DNA of 35,740 bases from a virus: IMG/VR virus record IMGVR_UViG_3300032103_000002, positions 1 through 35,740 of that record; one strand, given 5' to 3'. Every line of letters begins with the position of its first letter. Position 1 is the stretch's first letter. Below are positions 32,811 through 35,740 of the stretch, piece after piece. Under the pieces are notes generated by a model that saw only the letters and a program-made list of their open reading frames with translations, made no database searches and was not told the origin of the DNA. The position numbers were made by a program, and so were the translations under genes.

Positions 32811-32956
32811 TATGGCTGAGAAATGAAATAAAATAAGAGAATACATTACCAGCATTGCACTGATAATGACTGATAAGCGACCAAAGGATACTCAATGGCT
32901 ACGAGAAACAAACAAACAGGTTGCCTATCAGTCAAATATATTTATCACTGTCTTCT

Positions 32957-32996
32957 AAAAAACATAAAAAAACACCGACTTTTTTAGGGTCGGTGT
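32957..32996 (-). terminator. Strong rho-independent terminator after the 145-aa gene
   Basis: The minus strand reads ACACCGAC-CCTAAAAAA-GTCGGTGT followed by TTTTTTTATGTTTTTT. Confidence 0.75.
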
Positions 32997-33026
32997 AAAT
33001 TCAAACATTGGAAAGTATTTGAAAGG

Positions 33027-33054
33027 ATACCAAATGCCTTTAACTATTTGGTAT
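33027..33054. other. 9-bp stem hairpin (ATACCAAAT / ATTTGGTAT, 10-nt loop) just downstream of the 145-aa ORF stop
   Basis: Inverted repeat read directly. There is no U-run, so its function is unknown. Confidence 0.5.
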
Positions 33055-33072
33055 ATCTATTTATCACTTGAT

Positions 33073-33510
33073 TCAGTAATTGCCTATGTCATTCCACTGC
33101 CAGCAATTTTCTCGCGGCAAATCACGAGACATAATGTTATCTGGTATTCTTGGATACTTTACAGGTCTAAGCGGTCTAACTTTTATTGTAGACCACTGGG
33201 CTATTATAGGTCTTGTAACACTGGCTAATGTTGCAGCAGTATCTTCACTTACTCCGCAACTAACCCATTGTCGAGTATTCTTAACACGATAATAATATTC
33301 ATGTTCTAATCCAAGTGTAATGATATATGGTGCTAACACAGCCACGTTTATATTATCCGGCTCGGGTCCAAATATACAAGCGTGTCCGTCTTGCGACCTG
33401 CTCCATTCCATGTGTTTAGATAATACTGAACCGGGATGGATATCGTATTCAGCGATATCTCCCCGGCTTGTAGTCCATTCTGCGTGATTACTTCGTCTTA
33501 TTCGTGTCAT
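33073..33510 (-). CDS. Hypothetical protein (145 aa), a moron-like stand-alone gene
   Basis: Long ORF with no recognisable SD. It is bracketed by a 19-bp palindrome upstream and a hairpin plus terminators downstream. By eye it is richer in CpG and CCGG than its neighbours. Confidence 0.5.
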   Translation of the reverse strand: MTRIRRSNHAEWTTSRGDIAEYDIHPGSVLSKHMEWSRSQDGHACIFGPEPDNINVAVLAPYIITLGLEHEYYYRVKNTRQWVSCGVSEDTAATLASVTRPIIAQWSTIKVRPLRPVKYPRIPDNIMSRDLPRENCWQWNDIGNY

Positions 33511-33513
33511 AGT

Positions 33514-33532
33514 ATGTCTATTTAATAGACAT
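33514..33532. promoter_or_regulatory. Perfect 19-bp palindrome ATGTCTATT-T-AATAGACAT, 3 nt upstream of the 145-aa ORF start
   Basis: Read directly. It could be an operator for a dimeric DNA-binding protein or an RNA hairpin occluding translation initiation. Confidence 0.5.
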
Positions 33533-33538
33533 TACAAC

Positions 33539-33895
33539 TTAGTGTGTGACCAAATATCCTACAAACGCAAGTATAGCGGTTATGATAGTTCCAAAGGTTG
33601 CAACTACCTGTGTCGTCTTGCTTGAGTTTTGCTTTTCCAAAATGAGTTTAAGATCGCTGAACCCAGACGCCATCTCCCTTTTAAGACTTGATACTTCAGT
33701 CTCCACTTTAACGAGGCGAGCATTAAATGCATCTATCTTATCCTCCAACTGTTTGTATCTTAAGTGACATAAAGATACGTGTGTTGCTAAATCGTTTTCT
33801 TCTTGACTCACGGTTGTTTTTCTTTCTTTAGTTGTATGAGCAACCGCATATTTCCATACACGGCTGTCTTGATATTGCTTATCTATCTCTGCCAT
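33539..33895 (-). CDS. Coiled-coil protein with a C-terminal transmembrane anchor (118 aa)
   Basis: Heptad-like YKQLEDKIDAFNARLVKVETEVSSLKREM and a C-terminal hydrophobic segment VVATFGTIITAILAFVGYLV. TAATG coupling to the stop of fibre 2. Confidence 0.55.
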   Translation of the reverse strand: MAEIDKQYQDSRVWKYAVAHTTKERKTTVSQEENDLATHVSLCHLRYKQLEDKIDAFNARLVKVETEVSSLKREMASGFSDLKLILEKQNSSKTTQVVATFGTIITAILAFVGYLVTH

Positions 33896-35685
33896 TATAC
33901 TGCTGAGTTATCGTGGATATAACTCCAACGTGTATTTGTTGTATCCCAAAACGCCATCAAGCCGTTGGGATGGCTACTGCCACCGCTGTCACTTACGCAC
34001 ACTTGCTGACCTATAACACCGGTAATAGCGTTCCATTGTGCTGCTGTTTTAACCGGAAATCCAACCGGTTGTGTAAACGTTGTTGCTGTGGAAGTTAAAG
34101 TAGCGTAGGTCGTTGTGTCAGCACCATCCTGAAATGTATAACTATCACTCTTAAATGTAGTAGATTCAGGAGCACCGCTATAAACTTCAGTTAGTGTAGG
34201 TGTAGTTCCTGCTCTGGTTGCTTCAAAAGTTAAACGACTACCACTGCGTGTAGTAGAAAAATCTTCTGTTGCCTTAACCGTCATACGACCTGCTAAGTTG
34301 GTGTTGGCTTGATAACCTGTTGCGTTGGCTACGTTTACACCACGAGTATTGTATTGTCCAACAATATCTCCGTTTTTAAGCGGCATACGACGACCAGGAA
34401 CACCACTCTTACGACCACCAATAATGGTCATTGTGTTAGAGTTTACTAAAGTCGGGTTGTCCGCAGTAGAAAACATAGCAGTGCCCGCAGAGGCAATTGT
34501 TGAAATGCTTATGTTATAAGTTCCAACGCCGCCGGTTCCAGTTCCAAAACTTGAAATAGTTAGCAAGTTAGGGCTACCGCTAAAGAATAAACTTTGTCCA
34601 ACGCTGATAGTTCCGCTGGTCATAGCAGTGACGGTTAAGACAGTCCCGCTAACGCTGCCTGTGAATTGAGCAGTTTCGTTAGTTACACCGCTGATGTTGG
34701 TATATGTGTTTGTGTTGTTTACGTTAGTAACACCGAATTGGTTGAACCTGAATAATCCATCGGCACTGGTTAAAATACTACCACTTGATAAACTGCTATC
34801 ACCAAAAGTAAGTGATAGTGTTGGGGGTGTAATAGCAGTGACGCCGTTGATAGTAGTAGAACTTTGTGCTGTCCAGTTAGGGACAAAATATCCTTGTCTG
34901 CTGGTTTGGTTAAGTTTAATACCTTGTGGAATTGCCTGCATAGCAATAACCATACCGGCGTTCTTTGTTCCAGTCCCTGTAAAACTGCCAGGAGTTCCAC
35001 TTGAGAAAAGTGTTTGGCTATTACTAACCGTATAAGTTCCTGTGCTACCAGTGCCTGTGCCATAGCCGCTGATGGTTGTGCCGGGAATAATACCGGTTGC
35101 TGCTAAAGCCAATCCAGGGTGAACGTTGCTACCGGCTGTGACTGTTAGCGTAGTTCCAACAATATAACCTGTAAATGACGCTGTATCGTTTTGCCAAGTT
35201 TCTGTTGCTCTGGCAAAAATATTCGCAGGAAACACACCAGATTCACTGGTAAAACTGGCACCTTGATAACCGCCAAAGTTGATTACAGCACATGCAGAAT
35301 TAGTTAAAGGACTATAACTTGTTCCTGTGCCTGCTATAGTTCCACGCTTGCCTTCTAATATAATACCGGCAATACCTTGAGTTGTGCTGGTGCCACCAGG
35401 ACGTTGTGCTCCATAATCGCGAACCATCATACCGCCGATCTGGTTCCCACTGGTATTATCTGCGTATACAGTTGAACTTGCCAAACCTGTTCCGCTTAGT
35501 AATAGTGCAGGATATTTGCCAGTAGCATTAACACCAGCACCGCCGATTACAGCAGTGTTGTTGATATTAGCACCTAAGACACTTGTTGCAGTTCCTGGGA
35601 CTGTAGCATTAGCACCACTTAATGTAATAGCAGTAGTTCCGCCACTGCTCTTAATGTCATTACCACTAACAGTTAAATCACCTGC
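33895..35685 (-). CDS. Tail fibre 2, C-terminal 596 codons (continuation of 732..1)
   Basis: The track start at 35688 is a GTG that equals nt 3-1 of the window, so it is an internal codon. The protein is T/G/S-rich with two copies of an FTGxxxGTxLTVTA...GTGTGxxGTY domain and a globular C-terminus. Confidence 0.8.
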   Translation of the reverse strand, partial: AGDLTVSGNDIKSSGGTTAITLSGANATVPGTATSVLGANINNTAVIGGAGVNATGKYPALLLSGTGLASSTVYADNTSGNQIGGMMVRDYGAQRPGGTSTTQGIAGIILEGKRGTIAGTGTSYSPLTNSACAVINFGGYQGASFTSESGVFPANIFARATETWQNDTASFTGYIVGTTLTVTAGSNVHPGLALAATGIIPGTTISGYGTGTGSTGTYTVSNSQTLFSSGTPGSFTGTGTKNAGMVIAMQAIPQGIKLNQTSRQGYFVPNWTAQSSTTINGVTAITPPTLSLTFGDSSLSSGSILTSADGLFRFNQFGVTNVNNTNTYTNISGVTNETAQFTGSVSGTVLTVTAMTSGTISVGQSLFFSGSPNLLTISSFGTGTGGVGTYNISISTIASAGTAMFSTADNPTLVNSNTMTIIGGRKSGVPGRRMPLKNGDIVGQYNTRGVNVANATGYQANTNLAGRMTVKATEDFSTTRSGSRLTFEATRAGTTPTLTEVYSGAPESTTFKSDSYTFQDGADTTTYATLTSTATTFTQPVGFPVKTAAQWNAITGVIGQQVCVSDSGGSSHPNGLMAFWDTTNTRWSYIHDNSAV

Positions 35686-35740
35686 CACTGTAAGGTCTTC
35701 GCCATTGATAGCGATAGCAGCATTGCCTCCACCTCCACCA
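35686..35740. repeat. 55-nt exact duplicate of nt 1-55 (circular-contig overlap)
   Basis: cactgtaaggtcttcgccattgatagcgatagcagcattgcctccacctccacca is present at both ends. Confidence 0.95.

Noticed and set aside
32722-33072. tRNA or other structured RNA gene in the 350-nt non-coding region
   Set aside because: I could find no cloverleaf-compatible arms or a T-loop GTTCRANYC consensus. The hairpins present are followed by U-runs, so they are terminators, or are simple stem-loops.
35686-35688. GTG at 35688 as the true start of the 597-aa ORF given by the track
   Set aside because: This codon equals nt 3-1 of the window and lies in the middle of a continuous repeat-containing frame. That frame starts at the ATG at 732 once the circle is closed.

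Overview
The window is a complete, circularly closed tailed-phage genome, podovirus-like in content. Nt 1-55 are repeated exactly at 35686-35740, so the unique circle is 35,685 bp. A 55-nt overlap looks like an assembler k-mer artefact rather than biology. All genes except two lie on the minus strand, in tightly packed operons. Many are joined by ATGA or TAATG stop/start overlaps.

Reading in the direction of transcription (high to low coordinates):
- 33510-33073: an isolated 145-aa gene bracketed by a palindrome and hairpins/terminators.
- 32721-29030: early/replication module with small ORFs, a GIY-YIG nuclease, a prim-pol primase and an SF3 D5/P4-like helicase. I recognise no DNA or RNA polymerase.
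- 28590-29030: a ~440-bp non-coding hub with at least 8 copies of AAAACGTAAACA in both orientations around an AT-rich core. I read it as a putative origin or operator region.
- 28632-26930: seven small ORFs.
- 26916-24088: two virion (tail-tube-like) proteins.
- 24053-16708: four large internal/ejection-type proteins, one with a lytic transglycosylase domain.
- 16703-16272: a Dps-like ferritin with all four ferroxidase ligands at canonical spacing.
- 15502-16286: the only plus-strand genes, a GNAT-like acetyltransferase and a coupled 95-aa ORF. They converge on and overlap the Dps gene.
- 15432-13876: a terminator-bounded operon of small basic or low-complexity proteins. Two adjacent paralogues each carry two copies of an RGPT(K/V)GN motif.
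- 13807-5476: packaging/head module with TerL, a 2-TMD holin-like ORF, portal, scaffold and major capsid protein, ending in a strong terminator.
- 4808-4482: a NUMOD/HNH-like small gene.
- 4481-3279: a 400-aa structural protein.
- Two tandem ~840-aa tail-fibre paralogues. The second spans the circular junction and starts with eight 28-36-aa tandem repeats.

I saw no tRNA, CRISPR array, integrase or recognisable endolysin. All functional calls rest on motifs read by eye and on synteny; no database search was possible.
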